A stretch of 64,000 nt of DNA from an uncultured Verrucomicrobiae bacterium (GCA_963837955.1 CAWIPH010000002.1:3296001-3360000), one strand, 5' to 3'; shown: positions 19,611 through 30,325, counted from the first letter of the stretch. Numbers and translations are program-made. The notes: generated by a model not told the origin, from the letters alone.

Positions 19611-20171
19611 TCAAGGGTGTTCGAGTGCCTGGCCGGCATGCGGCCAATCCGGTCGAACCCGCGTCGGATCCAGGAGTGGGTACTCTCCCGCACGCCCGTA
19701 ACCTTTCCCCACCCCAAAAGTAAAGTCGATTTCACCATGGATCTCAAGCGGTGGTGCTTTAGGGACGATCGTAGAGGAAGACAGGTCGACATAAGATTCA
19801 TCGGTCCTGCCGGGCCGTGTGACAGTCGGGGTCACAATCGAACCATCGGGCAGAACGGCTGCGTAGAACAACTCACGGCGTCCGTGCGTTGAGCCGTTCA
19901 GCCGAACCAGCCAATATTGCATTGGATCGGTCCTGACCTCGGTACTGACAATGGTGGCGTCCTGAATCTCATAAAATCGAAGCGCCCAAGCTAGTCCCAC
20001 GGCGCCGGCCGCCATTTTCTCAACCTTAGTCTTGGGATTTTGGACCTTCGACTCAAAGCTATAAACAATCTGACTGTTGTCCGATGTCGAGTGCTGATCT
20101 CGAAACAACAGCTCACCGTTTGCTAGGACGGGGCTGGCGATCAATCCAGCCACAGCAAGAAGGTATCGCAC
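19611..20171 (-). CDS. Hypothetical secreted protein
   Basis: Signal peptide MRYLLAVAGLIASPVLA; VLPDGSIVTP motif. Confidence 0.55.
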   Translation of the reverse strand: MRYLLAVAGLIASPVLANGELLFRDQHSTSDNSQIVYSFESKVQNPKTKVEKMAAGAVGLAWALRFYEIQDATIVSTEVRTDPMQYWLVRLNGSTHGRRELFYAAVLPDGSIVTPTVTRPGRTDESYVDLSSSTIVPKAPPLEIHGEIDFTFGVGKGYGRAGEYPLLDPTRVRPDWPHAGQALEHP

Positions 20172-20350
20172 AGTCGAATTCTTAACGTTAGAATCGGAGA
20201 CACGCTACTAATTGTTGCAAAAGCGCTTGAGCCGGGACAGCATGCCCCGCAGAAAAAGCTCGCAAGCATCACGCGCCTGTTGACGTCGGAAAAATTGACA
20301 TTCAGTCGCCGGGATTCAGGAAGGAGCTTTAGTGCTGCCTACCTAGAACG

Positions 20351-21982
20351 GTGTTAATGAACCAGAAGCTCCTATCTTTTTTATACCTGATTCGCAAGGT
20401 GTTAGGTCGGGCTATTGACTGGGTAGGCAGGCATCCACTCGCGGTTCTGGTTCTTCCTTCGGTCTGGTTATTGATCCGTTATCATCCATTCTGGAAAGAT
20501 GTTGACGCGGTTACCCAGCTGATTACCGCGCCTAGCTCCCTCAATATCTTACACTCGCCGCCGATCTACTGTTTCCTGGCTCGGCTCCCATTCTGGTTAA
20601 CCGACACGCTGATATATGGAGCTGCACCGTCGGTCTTTGGCGAACAACATCCGTCGTTATTGGCCGTGCAGGTCCTGATTTTCTGTCAGCATCTTGGACT
20701 CTGGGCAGCTCTCCGTTATTTCCTGTTTTCGGCCGGATGGTCAGACCGGAGCCGCGGAATTGCGGCTCTTCTGCTCGCTTCGGTGGCGAGTTTTTACACA
20801 TTTGCCCACACCGCCGGATCTGAAGCGATGACAGCGCTGAGTTGGATTATTGTTTTTTCCGCCGGCCTTCGCACTTTGCTCCAGCGCGCCGGGTGGCGAG
20901 ATTGGATCGCCTATGCGGCTGCTCTGTTGCTGGCCGCCGGTTCGCGCAAAGTGAATGACATCCTGCTTCTTTGGTTGCCAATCATTGCGGTCTGCCTGTG
21001 GGCGGGGCAATTGGCCCTGCGCAAAGAGAAGACCGGGTTGACACCCCTTTTGCGGACCTCCGGTCTGGCGTTGCTCATCAGCTTGAGCGTCGCCGGAATT
21101 GAGAAAGGTTTCGTTTCCATTCTATGCCAACGATTCTCCGTGATTGAGCGTCCAACAGACGGAGCAACTTTTAGTGACCGATTTGGCACCGTTATCGCCC
21201 GCCTGTCCCCGGCTGAAAGCGCCAAATTCCTAGCTTCCGCGTTGGCGTTGGCGGACAACGCCAACGTGCGGTTGGCCATCGAAGGACAGTTCAGTTTCGG
21301 CTCGTATCATCTGGGGGGCGATCAACTCATCGAGCACGCATTGTCGGAACAGGGCTTAAGCGGCGAGGAACTCCAGGCGGAAAGAGATCGCGTCATTTTC
21401 CGTGCGACCGAGTGCTTTTATCGGGCTGCACCACCGAAATTGCTGGCCATCATCGTTAAAGAGTTTGTTCGAACCTGGGTTCCCACTAGCGATTACCGAG
21501 TAGCGCGCGCCAGCCCGTTAACAACATTCCGTTTCGCTGGTTTTCTCGACGAGGTTCCATCCCGTTGGGGCAATCTTCCTCGGCTACCAATGTTTGAGCC
21601 CGTGAATGCGCAGCGGATGATGACAAGGCTCGACCGCGATCCGTTCATTAACCATTGGCAATGCATACCGATCGTTCTTTGGTGCCTCGCGTTTGTTCTT
21701 GTTGGGAGTTGGCGACTTTTGCGCCGGCGACTCTCTCTCGAACTATTCATCATTGCGCTCAGCTTCATTGGAGTGGGAACTATCGCTGACTTGGCGAGTT
21801 GTATCTTCGCCTACGCGCAGCCTCGGTATACGCTGCCGCTGCTTATCACTGTTTTTGTCTCCGGCTGCGTTCTGCTCTTCGGCGCAAGCCAAGAAGATAA
21901 GATATTTCGGCCTTCGAAAACGGCGGGCACTCAAGATAGGCAGCGTCGCCGAAGTCGGTTTGTTGAATCGAGTCCCACTTAG
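20351..21982 (+). CDS. Multi-pass membrane protein, GT-C-like topology
   Basis: About 10 TM segments, large periplasmic loop, C-terminal QPRYTLP motif. Confidence 0.65.
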   Translation: MLMNQKLLSFLYLIRKVLGRAIDWVGRHPLAVLVLPSVWLLIRYHPFWKDVDAVTQLITAPSSLNILHSPPIYCFLARLPFWLTDTLIYGAAPSVFGEQHPSLLAVQVLIFCQHLGLWAALRYFLFSAGWSDRSRGIAALLLASVASFYTFAHTAGSEAMTALSWIIVFSAGLRTLLQRAGWRDWIAYAAALLLAAGSRKVNDILLLWLPIIAVCLWAGQLALRKEKTGLTPLLRTSGLALLISLSVAGIEKGFVSILCQRFSVIERPTDGATFSDRFGTVIARLSPAESAKFLASALALADNANVRLAIEGQFSFGSYHLGGDQLIEHALSEQGLSGEELQAERDRVIFRATECFYRAAPPKLLAIIVKEFVRTWVPTSDYRVARASPLTTFRFAGFLDEVPSRWGNLPRLPMFEPVNAQRMMTRLDRDPFINHWQCIPIVLWCLAFVLVGSWRLLRRRLSLELFIIALSFIGVGTIADLASCIFAYAQPRYTLPLLITVFVSGCVLLFGASQEDKIFRPSKTAGTQDRQRRRSRFVESSPT

Positions 21983-22446
21983 GTGGCTGATCCGAGCTCG
22001 CTCGTTCTTGTTCGCCGTACCGAACTATCTCAAGGTACGAGCGTGAACCGCAAAATTTAACCAATTTCCCCCTGCGAGATCTCCGCGATCTCTTTGTTTA
22101 AAATCTGTCTTCGGGGCTCCTGTAAGATCTTCGGGCTGCCGGCAAGCTAATGCGCTTGGCTCATCACGAGAAGTTGAGACCACCGCGCCGCCGCACTTCA
22201 AGCATCCTCTTGCTTGATCCTTGAAGAATCCTCTAAGCTGAACATCGCTTCTCATCGAGGACTGTACGGAATGCGTTTTGATGAGCGATATCTGTGGGAC
22301 TGATCCAACTAGGCTTGCCATTTTCAGGGCGAAACGCGTGGGTGACGCATACCCAGGGTTAAAGCCCGGCAAAACGTCATTCACCTCTCTGCTATGGAAT
22401 TCCCGTTCTAGCCAACGCGTCAGCGCTAATTACTAAAAAACACGCC

Positions 22447-23682
22447 ATGTGGGCTAGATGCATAATATTTCTCAGAGTTTTCTTTCTCTGTGGGCTCACC
22501 GAAGCGGATGACCACGGCAAGCCGAGCGATTTCCTAAAACAGGTTAAGTTGGCAATGGAACAGAACGCCCTCACCTTTGTCGCCGAATACACCGGCGAAG
22601 TCTTCGGAAATCTCTCGGGCGGATCTAAGAGCGGAGCGACCTATGAAGGTTTGCTCAGGCTTTCTCTACAGTTAGACCTAGCCCGAGTAGCATGCTGGCA
22701 AGGGGCAACCGTTTATGGTTCGATGCTCTACCCGCACGGAGAAGGGCTGACCGACCATTACACCGGTGATTTCAATGGGCTGAGCAACATTGATGCTTAC
22801 GATACCGTTCGATTGTTCGAACTTTGGTTCCAACAAAAATTTTTCGGGGATCTGTTCTCGATCCGAGTCGGTCAGATTTCGGCCGACCTGGAATTTTATC
22901 AGTCAACGACCTCAAATCTGTTTATCAACAGTTGCTTCGGCACCTTCCCGACGATTGGCCTCGGAACTAATCTGCCGATTTACCCGGTCGGCGGACTCGG
23001 CGCCAGAATCGATTACCGGCCAAGCGGCTCTCTGGCTTTTCGCGCAGCACTATTCGACTCCAATCCGGGCATCCAAAACCTGAACGACAAGCACGGGACC
23101 CGGTTTCACTTGAGCCCGAATGCCGGTCTGATTTTTGTCGCGGAAGGCGTCTATCAAGTCCGCCCGACGACAGCAAACCGCGGAATCGTGGGCACCTATA
23201 CCCTGGGTGGATACTATGATTCCCGGCAATACACCGGAGACTTCGTTCACCCTGCGCACAGTGCCAACGGCGGTTTGTATGCTATTGCCGATCAAGTGGT
23301 TTACCGCGCAGAACCTTATGTCGATGAAAAGTCGAGTCAGCGAGGTCTCTCTATCTTCACAAGTTGTGCCGTCGCGCCGAGTGATCGCAATCTCGTTTCT
23401 CTCTATTTAGATGTAGGATGCAATTATCTCGGTCTCCTGCCCGGTCGGGGGAATGACATCTTTGGTATAGCCGCTAGCTTCACCAAGATCGGCGATGACG
23501 TTGTCAAAAATGGCAGAGTCATTCATTCTGGCCATGAAACTGTTATAGAGACAAGTTATAAGCTGCAACTAAACGAGCACATCTACCTACAACCCGATCT
23601 GCAGTATATCCTCCACCCGGGAGCCTTCGGCAATCATCCAAACGCATTCGTAAGCGGGCTAAGATTCGACTTTACGTTTTAG
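22447..23682 (+). CDS. OprB-family carbohydrate porin
   Basis: SNIDAY, ELWFQQ, RVGQISADLEF, FINSCFG, LQPDLQYILHPG, terminal Phe. Confidence 0.85.
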   Translation: MWARCIIFLRVFFLCGLTEADDHGKPSDFLKQVKLAMEQNALTFVAEYTGEVFGNLSGGSKSGATYEGLLRLSLQLDLARVACWQGATVYGSMLYPHGEGLTDHYTGDFNGLSNIDAYDTVRLFELWFQQKFFGDLFSIRVGQISADLEFYQSTTSNLFINSCFGTFPTIGLGTNLPIYPVGGLGARIDYRPSGSLAFRAALFDSNPGIQNLNDKHGTRFHLSPNAGLIFVAEGVYQVRPTTANRGIVGTYTLGGYYDSRQYTGDFVHPAHSANGGLYAIADQVVYRAEPYVDEKSSQRGLSIFTSCAVAPSDRNLVSLYLDVGCNYLGLLPGRGNDIFGIAASFTKIGDDVVKNGRVIHSGHETVIETSYKLQLNEHIYLQPDLQYILHPGAFGNHPNAFVSGLRFDFTF

Positions 23683-23703
23683 CGGTTCGCTTGATCCCCG
23701 CTG

Positions 23704-24657
23704 CTACGAGGTGAAGTAGAAACGCGTGAGATGAAAAAAGACGGGCGCAGCGAAACACAGAGAATCAATACGATCCATGATTCCGCCATGCCCTGGAATC
23801 ATTGCCCCGTAGTCTTTCACACCTCGATCGCGTTTGATTGCTGACATTACGAGCCCTCCGAAAAAACCCATCAACGCGACCACTAGTGCCATCAGCGAAG
23901 CTTGCCACCAGTTAAAAGGGGTGATCCACCATAATCCGGTTCCGATGAGAACCGCTCCCAATACCCCTCCGATGAATCCTTCGACGGTTTTGTTGGGGCT
24001 GATGTTCGGAGCAATCTTGTGTCGCCCAAAACATTTGCCAAAAATATACTGGAGCACGTCGCTCATCTGCGTCACGCAGACCAGGAAATAGAGTAGCTTT
24101 CCGTTCTGCCCCTCTCGCCCCGGAACGTGCAACAACAGCAAGGCGGGCGCGTAACTCACAAAATAGACACAAATCATCAGGCCCCATTGGATCTTCGAAT
24201 TGCGGGCCAGAAAATCTTTGTATTCTCCGGCAATCACGTTGCGGATCGGAATAAACAGGTACGCGTAGACCGGAATCATGATCACCGCGATGCCGTAACG
24301 GTGGAAGGCAATGAGCAGGTACTGGAGCGGCGTTATGACAAAGAAGGCCCAGAAGAGAGCTCGATGATCCGCCCGGTGTGTCGGTGTCAGAGTAATGTAC
24401 TCGCGAAGAGCGAGGAAAGAGATGAGACCAAAGAGAATCACCGAACCGATGCCACCGGTTGCTAGCGCCAGAAAGAAAATAATGGTCATCACCCACCATG
24501 TCTTGATGCGGGCATTCAGGTTCGCGATCACCTCTCTCCCTTTGTCGCTCTTGACTTGGAGATGCAGGATGAAACCGATGATCGAGGCGACGACCAACAC
24601 AGCCAATACCCCAGCCGCCAATATCTGCATTTCCCGGTCGGCGCTCAGAAAATTCAT
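23704..24657 (-). CDS. Phosphatidate cytidylyltransferase, YnbB-like
   Basis: SDVLQYIFGK, ISPNKTVEG, SAIKRDRGVKDYG, IPGHGGIMDRIDS. Confidence 0.9.
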   Translation of the reverse strand: MNFLSADREMQILAAGVLAVLVVASIIGFILHLQVKSDKGREVIANLNARIKTWWVMTIIFFLALATGGIGSVILFGLISFLALREYITLTPTHRADHRALFWAFFVITPLQYLLIAFHRYGIAVIMIPVYAYLFIPIRNVIAGEYKDFLARNSKIQWGLMICVYFVSYAPALLLLHVPGREGQNGKLLYFLVCVTQMSDVLQYIFGKCFGRHKIAPNISPNKTVEGFIGGVLGAVLIGTGLWWITPFNWWQASLMALVVALMGFFGGLVMSAIKRDRGVKDYGAMIPGHGGIMDRIDSLCFAAPVFFHLTRFYFTS

Positions 24658-25256
24658 AAACTAGCCAGAGACTCCACCGCTGCGCGGGCACGGGTCAGGA
24701 ACGCTTCCTTCGATTCATTCTTTTGCAGATGCAATGGCCCCCCAAAAATAACTGAGCACAAAAGTGGAAGAGGTAAGAGCTCACCTTTTGGCAAAACCCG
24801 ACTTGCGTTATCGATGTAGACCGGGACGAGGTCCACGTCGGGCACGGCTCGGCCAAGATAATAGAGGCCGCTTTTGAACGGACGCATGTCGGGCTCGGTC
24901 GTTCGGCCACCTTCTGGGAAGATAATCAGCGACTCTCCCTTAGTTACCACCGGGATCAGCTGATCCATTGGATTATTAGCTCGCGTTACTTTCTTGCGCT
25001 CAATCAATACACCGCGAAAAACCGATTCTGCTAAAAACCGGCGAAGTCTTCCCCCCCGCCAATAATCACTCGCTGCTACCGGCCGGGTTCTTTTTCGTGC
25101 CTTCTCCGGCAGGACCGACCAGAGCACCAAGAAATCGAAATTACTCGTATGGTTAGCAAAATAGATCCGGCGCGTATCATCCGGAGCGCAACCGACCCAA
25201 CGCGCTTGGACACCGGTGAAGAGACGGACAAAACCAGCGAGCAGTCCAGCGATCAC
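24654..25256 (-). CDS. Lysophospholipid acyltransferase (PlsC family)
   Basis: NHTSNFD (HxxxxD) and FPEGGR; GTG start overlaps the upstream stop (GTGA). Confidence 0.85.
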   Translation of the reverse strand: MIAGLLAGFVRLFTGVQARWVGCAPDDTRRIYFANHTSNFDFLVLWSVLPEKARKRTRPVAASDYWRGGRLRRFLAESVFRGVLIERKKVTRANNPMDQLIPVVTKGESLIIFPEGGRTTEPDMRPFKSGLYYLGRAVPDVDLVPVYIDNASRVLPKGELLPLPLLCSVIFGGPLHLQKNESKEAFLTRARAAVESLASL

Positions 25257-25936
25257 AAAGCTATCCTTTGTGCTAAGCGCAATAAGCGACGAATACAGGT
25301 CACGAACGTGCCGATGTTGATAAGGACCAATATCCAAAAGAGCGATTGGGACGGCCAGCGCACCACGTTTTCTCCAGCGCCGAGCAAGCAGCCTACGGTC
25401 AGCAAAAACATCCTCTGTTGTTTAGCCACCGGCCCGCAAAAATCTTGGGCCGCACCGCGGCGAGCACCCAGGGCACGGAGATACGCGGTGCCCAACGCCA
25501 GTACGGCCGCACTCCATCCCAAACCCACTCCCCAATTCGCGTGATGCGAGGCATAACCGGCCGATGCCAAGAAAAGCACATCAACAATTCGATCCGGAAT
25601 CTCGTTGTAAAGCTCGCCGAGTTTGGTTTGGCGGCCGCCTTCCACCGCGATAAGACCATCCAGCATGTTCGCGAGCAACCGCAACTGAATACAGGCCGCC
25701 GCGCCGAGCAGAAACCAAGGCGACCCCGAACGAACCGCCTCGCAGAAAAACAAACCCGCTCCGACAAAGCCGCAGAGCACGCTGAACAGCGAAACCTGAT
25801 TCGGTGTAACTCCCAACTTCACGCAAGCGCTGGCCAACGCCTGCGCCCATCCTGCCGAACGCATTTTAATCGGACGCCGATTGGGATCGATCTCTGACGG
25901 CCCTACCGAAGAGGCTGGAATAGAGGGGTCATCCAT
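25253..25936 (-). CDS. CDP-alcohol phosphatidyltransferase
   Basis: TPNQVS and NMLDGLIA..GELYNEIPDRIVD signature. Confidence 0.85.
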   Translation of the reverse strand: MDDPSIPASSVGPSEIDPNRRPIKMRSAGWAQALASACVKLGVTPNQVSLFSVLCGFVGAGLFFCEAVRSGSPWFLLGAAACIQLRLLANMLDGLIAVEGGRQTKLGELYNEIPDRIVDVLFLASAGYASHHANWGVGLGWSAAVLALGTAYLRALGARRGAAQDFCGPVAKQQRMFLLTVGCLLGAGENVVRWPSQSLFWILVLINIGTFVTCIRRLLRLAQRIAL

Positions 25937-26148
25937 ACACCAAGGCTGAAACCTAAGGTGCCGCTAGACTGAATTATTCGTTGGCGGTGTCAAAAGGATA
26001 ATTCACGCCCTCGAAGAACCACGGATCTTGATAAATCAAAAGACCACGAGTGGACCGAAGACACGTCGTTAGGCGCATCGTCCCTCTCAATTCCTTGAGC
26101 CCGGAGGCCGCCCGCTCTTCGCGCTACGGCGGGAACAGGACTACTACC

Positions 26149-27417
26149 CTACCCGCGCTGGGTAACCGCGCGCTCACAAATTTCCCGAACATTACGAACT
26201 TGGCGAGCGTTTACCACCAGCTGGCGACCGAGCCGAAGTACGTTGCGCTCACACTGAGAGCGCGTCTCAGGATTCTTGATTGCTTCGAGATCCTCGGCAT
26301 GCGCGAGGCCAAGAATGCGCCGGATCATTTTGACTCCGGCGAAGCCTACAGTGTCGGAAAAGAGCTGATGCAGGTATCGTTGACGCTCGGTCTCGAGTGC
26401 AGCTTGGGAAATTTGATCGGCAAAGAGTGAGATGTGGTAAGCGTCTCCAGCCTGGTGACTTCGCCAAAGAGCGAGAAACCGATCGGCGAAATTGTGCCAC
26501 ACCTCTTCGATCGTTCGCAGTAACCATGACCGATAGTCGTCCCGCGCACCGGGTACCGATTCGTGTCCATCCTGCGCAAAGAAAGCGATGAGCAGATTCC
26601 CGATCACGGCGCCGATGTCGAAGCCCATCGGGCCAAAGAAAGCGAACTCCGCATCGATCACTTTGGTATCTTTGGGTGTCGCCATAATGGAACCCGAGTG
26701 CAGATCGCCATGAATGAGTGCTTCTGCCGAATTTAGAAATTTCAGCTTTAAGCGCTGCGCTGCAACCTTCAGCTCGTCGTCATGTCGAAACTCCGCGGCC
26801 ACGGCATCGAGTTGGGGAGTCGTCCAACGATTCAGTTTCGCAATCCGATAAGGATCGGTGAATACGAGGTCTTCTGTGATTTTGCAAAGCTCGATATTCT
26901 CGCAAAAGAGAGCGACCTGTTTCCTCTTCGTGGCCGCATCCAGGAACAAATCAGAGGTTTTGAAAAGCGTCTGAGCCATGAACTCAGCGATATCACTGGC
27001 AAGCTCCGGATAAACGATGCCCCGGATAAATCCTTTGCGAAGGATGATGTGGGGCGTGAGATACTCCATCACCATGGCGGCAGCTGACTCATCGAAATGA
27101 TAGAGTTTCGGGACAAGGTGAGGAACGTGACGGGCCTCTTCGGACAGCGCTTGATACTCAAAGAAGCTGCGGCGCAACGGTAGGAGCCAAGCGTCTCCGA
27201 CGATCCTCAGGTATGGTAGAGCTTGCTTCACGACCACGGCCTGGCCGGATCCGCGCACGATAAACACCTGGTTCAGATTACCGTCGCCAACCTCGCCGGC
27301 TTGCCAGGTGCTCGCGTCGGAGCCGAGAAGTTCGCGCACTACGGGAATCCGGTCGACGAAATCGAGAACCGAATGTTCGTTCAGCGGGGCGTAGCCATCA
27401 GGGACTCTCTGATTCAT
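26149..27417 (-). CDS. mtnK: S-methyl-5-thioribose kinase
   Basis: EVGDGNLNQVF, KQALPYLR, LCKITEDLVFTDPY, LIHGDLHSGS, DAEFAFFGPMGFD, RRILGLAH. Confidence 0.9.
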   Translation of the reverse strand: MNQRVPDGYAPLNEHSVLDFVDRIPVVRELLGSDASTWQAGEVGDGNLNQVFIVRGSGQAVVVKQALPYLRIVGDAWLLPLRRSFFEYQALSEEARHVPHLVPKLYHFDESAAAMVMEYLTPHIILRKGFIRGIVYPELASDIAEFMAQTLFKTSDLFLDAATKRKQVALFCENIELCKITEDLVFTDPYRIAKLNRWTTPQLDAVAAEFRHDDELKVAAQRLKLKFLNSAEALIHGDLHSGSIMATPKDTKVIDAEFAFFGPMGFDIGAVIGNLLIAFFAQDGHESVPGARDDYRSWLLRTIEEVWHNFADRFLALWRSHQAGDAYHISLFADQISQAALETERQRYLHQLFSDTVGFAGVKMIRRILGLAHAEDLEAIKNPETRSQCERNVLRLGRQLVVNARQVRNVREICERAVTQRG

Positions 27418-27568
27418 CTGGGGAGGGGGGGAGGTAAGGATCAATAGCCGATATCCAATCAGCTAATCTCGGCTATTGGCTATCGACTATTTTCTTGTAC
27501 TCAATGTACCCCCGACCGATCAATCACATTGGGAGCATCAGACTACGTTGTCATCCGTCATTTAGATC

Positions 27569-27638
27569 TGCTATCGGCTATCGGCCATCGGCTATCTGCT
27601 ATCGGCCATCGGCTATCTGCTATCGGCTATCTGCTATA
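27569..27638. repeat. Heptanucleotide tandem repeat (GGCTATC/GGCCATC/TGCTATC)
   Basis: About 10 consecutive 7-mers; degenerate copies at 27445-27490 and 11510-11540. Confidence 0.85.
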
Positions 27639-27651
27639 CTGTCCCCCTCTT

Positions 27652-28422
27652 ATGCCCGCTATCGTCCAATCCGTCTCCTGGTGGTGTTTCGTTCCCGAAA
27701 AACTGACTCCGAAGGAGTTTATTCGAGCAGCCGCAGATGCCGGCTATGTCGCGTTGGATTTAGTGCCACCGGACTTTTTCTCTTTGGTCTTAGAACACGG
27801 GCTTCAGATAGCTGCTATTACCGGCCACGAGTCTTTGACCGTGGGACTAAACAAACGAGATCAGCACGGCCGAATTAAAAAAGAGGTAGAGGCCAAGCTT
27901 GCCGATGCGGTTCGCCACGGGATTCCTAATCTGATCTGTTTTACCGGAAACCGAGACGGTTTGGGAGATGATGAGGGCGCCGAGATCACAGCTGAAGGCC
28001 TGGCTCTGTTAGCTCCACTGGCCGAACGAGAAGGAATCACCCTAATCTTGGAGCTACTGAACAGTAAGATCGACCACCCCGATTATCAAGCGGACCATAC
28101 CACGTGGGGTGTCTCAGTTTGCCGAAAGGTGAACTCGCCGCGAGTGAAACTCCTGTATGATATTTATCACATGCAAATCACGGAGGGAGACGTTATCCGG
28201 ACGATTGAGACGGCTCATCCGTGGATCGCTCACTATCATACTGCGGGCAATCCTGGTCGAAACGATCTGGACGACGATCAAGAACTCAATTATCCCGCAA
28301 TCTTGCGAGCGATTAAGGGGACTGGCTACAGCGGTTACGTCGCCCACGAATTCATTCCCAAAGGTGACGCGGTCGCAGCATTGCAGACAACGTTTAGAAA
28401 ATGCGCGTTGATTTTGGAGTGA
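27652..28422 (+). CDS. Hydroxypyruvate isomerase-family TIM barrel
   Basis: [54 protein letters not shown]. Confidence 0.85.
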   Translation: MPAIVQSVSWWCFVPEKLTPKEFIRAAADAGYVALDLVPPDFFSLVLEHGLQIAAITGHESLTVGLNKRDQHGRIKKEVEAKLADAVRHGIPNLICFTGNRDGLGDDEGAEITAEGLALLAPLAEREGITLILELLNSKIDHPDYQADHTTWGVSVCRKVNSPRVKLLYDIYHMQITEGDVIRTIETAHPWIAHYHTAGNPGRNDLDDDQELNYPAILRAIKGTGYSGYVAHEFIPKGDAVAALQTTFRKCALILE

Positions 28423-28459
28423 GGCGCGCTGTTGTCTCGTTGCGCTCTTCTAATACCAG

Positions 28460-29401
28460 CTAGTCTTCAGGACACGGAGCTTGCCGCTCGAATTGAATTG
28501 TGGCGTGGCTTATCTGGAAGCGTTCATTGAGTTCGTGTTGAACCCTTTGCAGGAGACCATCGTCATCTTCAGGCGTGGGTTTGACAATGTGAACCGTCAA
28601 AGCTGTCTCAGTGGTGCTAAGTGCCCAGATGTGCAGGTGGTGAACTCCCGTGACATTCGGCAGGGTCGCCAGGTATCTATTGACCGCCGGTGCATCGATT
28701 CCTTCCGGCACGGCATCAAGTGCCAAATTCATTGAGTCGCGCAAAAGACTCCACGTACTCCAGAGAATTACCGCATTGATCAGGAGACTTACGGTTGGGT
28801 CAAGCCATCGCCACCCGGTCAGCAAAATAAGGATGCCGGCTACGACGACGCCGGCGGACACGGCCGCATCGGCCACCATGTGCAGAAAAGCACCGCGAAT
28901 ATTGAGATCTCCTTTTCGTCCGGCCCGGAACAGCAGAGCAGTCACCAAATTGATGACAATTCCGGCGGCAGCCACCCAGATGACGGTCCAGGCTGCTACT
29001 GGCGCCGGCTCGGCAAACCTCCGAATCGCTTCCCAGGAAATACCGCCGATCGCAATCAAGAGAAGAATCGCATTGGCTAACGCTGCCAATATCGTAGATC
29101 GGCGCATCCCGTAGGTGCGCTTTTCCGTTGCCGGCTTGCCGCTCAGATAACTTGCCAACCAGGCGAGCAACAATCCGAGGCCGTCGCCGAAGTTGTGGCT
29201 GGCATCAGCCACCAGAGCGACGGAATGCGCAAGTACACCAAAAACCACCTGGATAATAACGAAACCAAAGTTGAGAGCGACACCGAGAGCGAAAGCAGTT
29301 CCGAAATTTGCCGGCGCGTGGACATGGCCCTGATGACCATGGCCCGGATGAGCGCCATGGTTCGGCTCGTGCGGATTGCCATGATCTTGCTTTCTATTCA
29401 T
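28460..29401 (-). CDS. Cation diffusion facilitator (CzcD/ZitB-like)
   Basis: His-rich N-terminus, ADASHNFGD, AFLHMVAD, HHLHIW, HATIQFE. Confidence 0.9.
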   Translation of the reverse strand: MNRKQDHGNPHEPNHGAHPGHGHQGHVHAPANFGTAFALGVALNFGFVIIQVVFGVLAHSVALVADASHNFGDGLGLLLAWLASYLSGKPATEKRTYGMRRSTILAALANAILLLIAIGGISWEAIRRFAEPAPVAAWTVIWVAAAGIVINLVTALLFRAGRKGDLNIRGAFLHMVADAAVSAGVVVAGILILLTGWRWLDPTVSLLINAVILWSTWSLLRDSMNLALDAVPEGIDAPAVNRYLATLPNVTGVHHLHIWALSTTETALTVHIVKPTPEDDDGLLQRVQHELNERFQISHATIQFERQAPCPED

Positions 29402-29569
29402 GCTTGGTTTTGAGGATAGGCTAAGTTTGGGCTCTACTGCGAACTATGATTAACCTGGGTTTTCAAAAATGGGTTTAGAGAATGCGCGTTGATTTTGGAA
29501 TGCGATGTTACTATGTCCTGCTGCCGATCAATATCCGGACTTCGGTGAGTCCACTTCTTTCATAATCTT

Positions 29570-30100
29570 ATGTCTCGCGTACTACTTGCTTCTGCGCTGG
29601 CTTCTCTGGTCCTTTGCCAAATGGCCGCTGCTCGCGAGCCGGAGGCCTCACAAACCATTGAAGAGCTCGAGCAGGGCATTCAGAATCAGCCGCCGGCAAC
29701 CTACTTTGCGCTGGCCACCGAGCTGTTCCGACAAGGACGGACAGAAGATGCCGCCTTTTGGTATTACGTGGGCGAACTTCGCTACCGGCTGCTGTTATTG
29801 GCCAGAGGAAAAATCTCCGAACCTTCCGATGAGCAGGCGCATTTTTGGTTCTTGTCTGAGAGCGTGGGGCAGTCGATTTACGAGAAGGCTGAGCAACGCT
29901 CCGCGGCCCTTGTCCGGGCGATAGACCGAGCGCTCGCCTGGGATATCGAACAGCCAAACGGATATACTTCGAAGAGCACGTTCAGAATGGAGCACGAAAG
30001 GGCCAGACAAGAACTCTTAGCGTTGCAGGCACGGATCAAACAAGATCCGACCTCATTCAGAAGGGCTCGAGGGGGTGGTCGGGGTCTGTTATCATGGTAG
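29570..30100 (+). CDS. Hypothetical secreted helical protein
   Basis: Signal peptide; AAFWYYVGELRYR. Confidence 0.6.
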   Translation: MSRVLLASALASLVLCQMAAAREPEASQTIEELEQGIQNQPPATYFALATELFRQGRTEDAAFWYYVGELRYRLLLLARGKISEPSDEQAHFWFLSESVGQSIYEKAEQRSAALVRAIDRALAWDIEQPNGYTSKSTFRMEHERARQELLALQARIKQDPTSFRRARGGGRGLLSW

Positions 30101-30123
30101 CGATTTTGCCCCGGGGAGGCGCA

Positions 30124-30175
30124 GGGAGGGCGCGCGTCCTCGTGCGCCGCGGATCGCGAGGACGCGATCCCTCCC
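30124..30175. repeat. REP-like inverted doublet (GGGAGGG family)
   Basis: GGGAGGGCGCGCGTCCTCGTGCGCCGC / GGATCGCGAGGACGCGATCCCTCCC between convergent genes. Confidence 0.7.
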
Positions 30176-30325
30176 CGCCCCTTCGGGGCAGAAAACCAGA
30201 CATCGGCTTTATGCTTACGCGCGGAAGTCGAGTTGACGCGCGGGAACATCCCCCGCTGGCTCGCCGATATCTCCTAGCTTCTTAGCTCCTAAATTCCAAA
30301 TTCTAGATTCTAGATTCCTTCCACC

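Noticed and set aside
22025..22384. 119-aa minus-strand ORF
   Set aside because: No motif, weak start, and overlaps palindromic intergenic sequence
27529..27651. N-terminal extension of hyi (SAIGHRL repeats)
   Set aside because: It is translation of the heptamer microsatellite; the ATG at 27652 fits the family start
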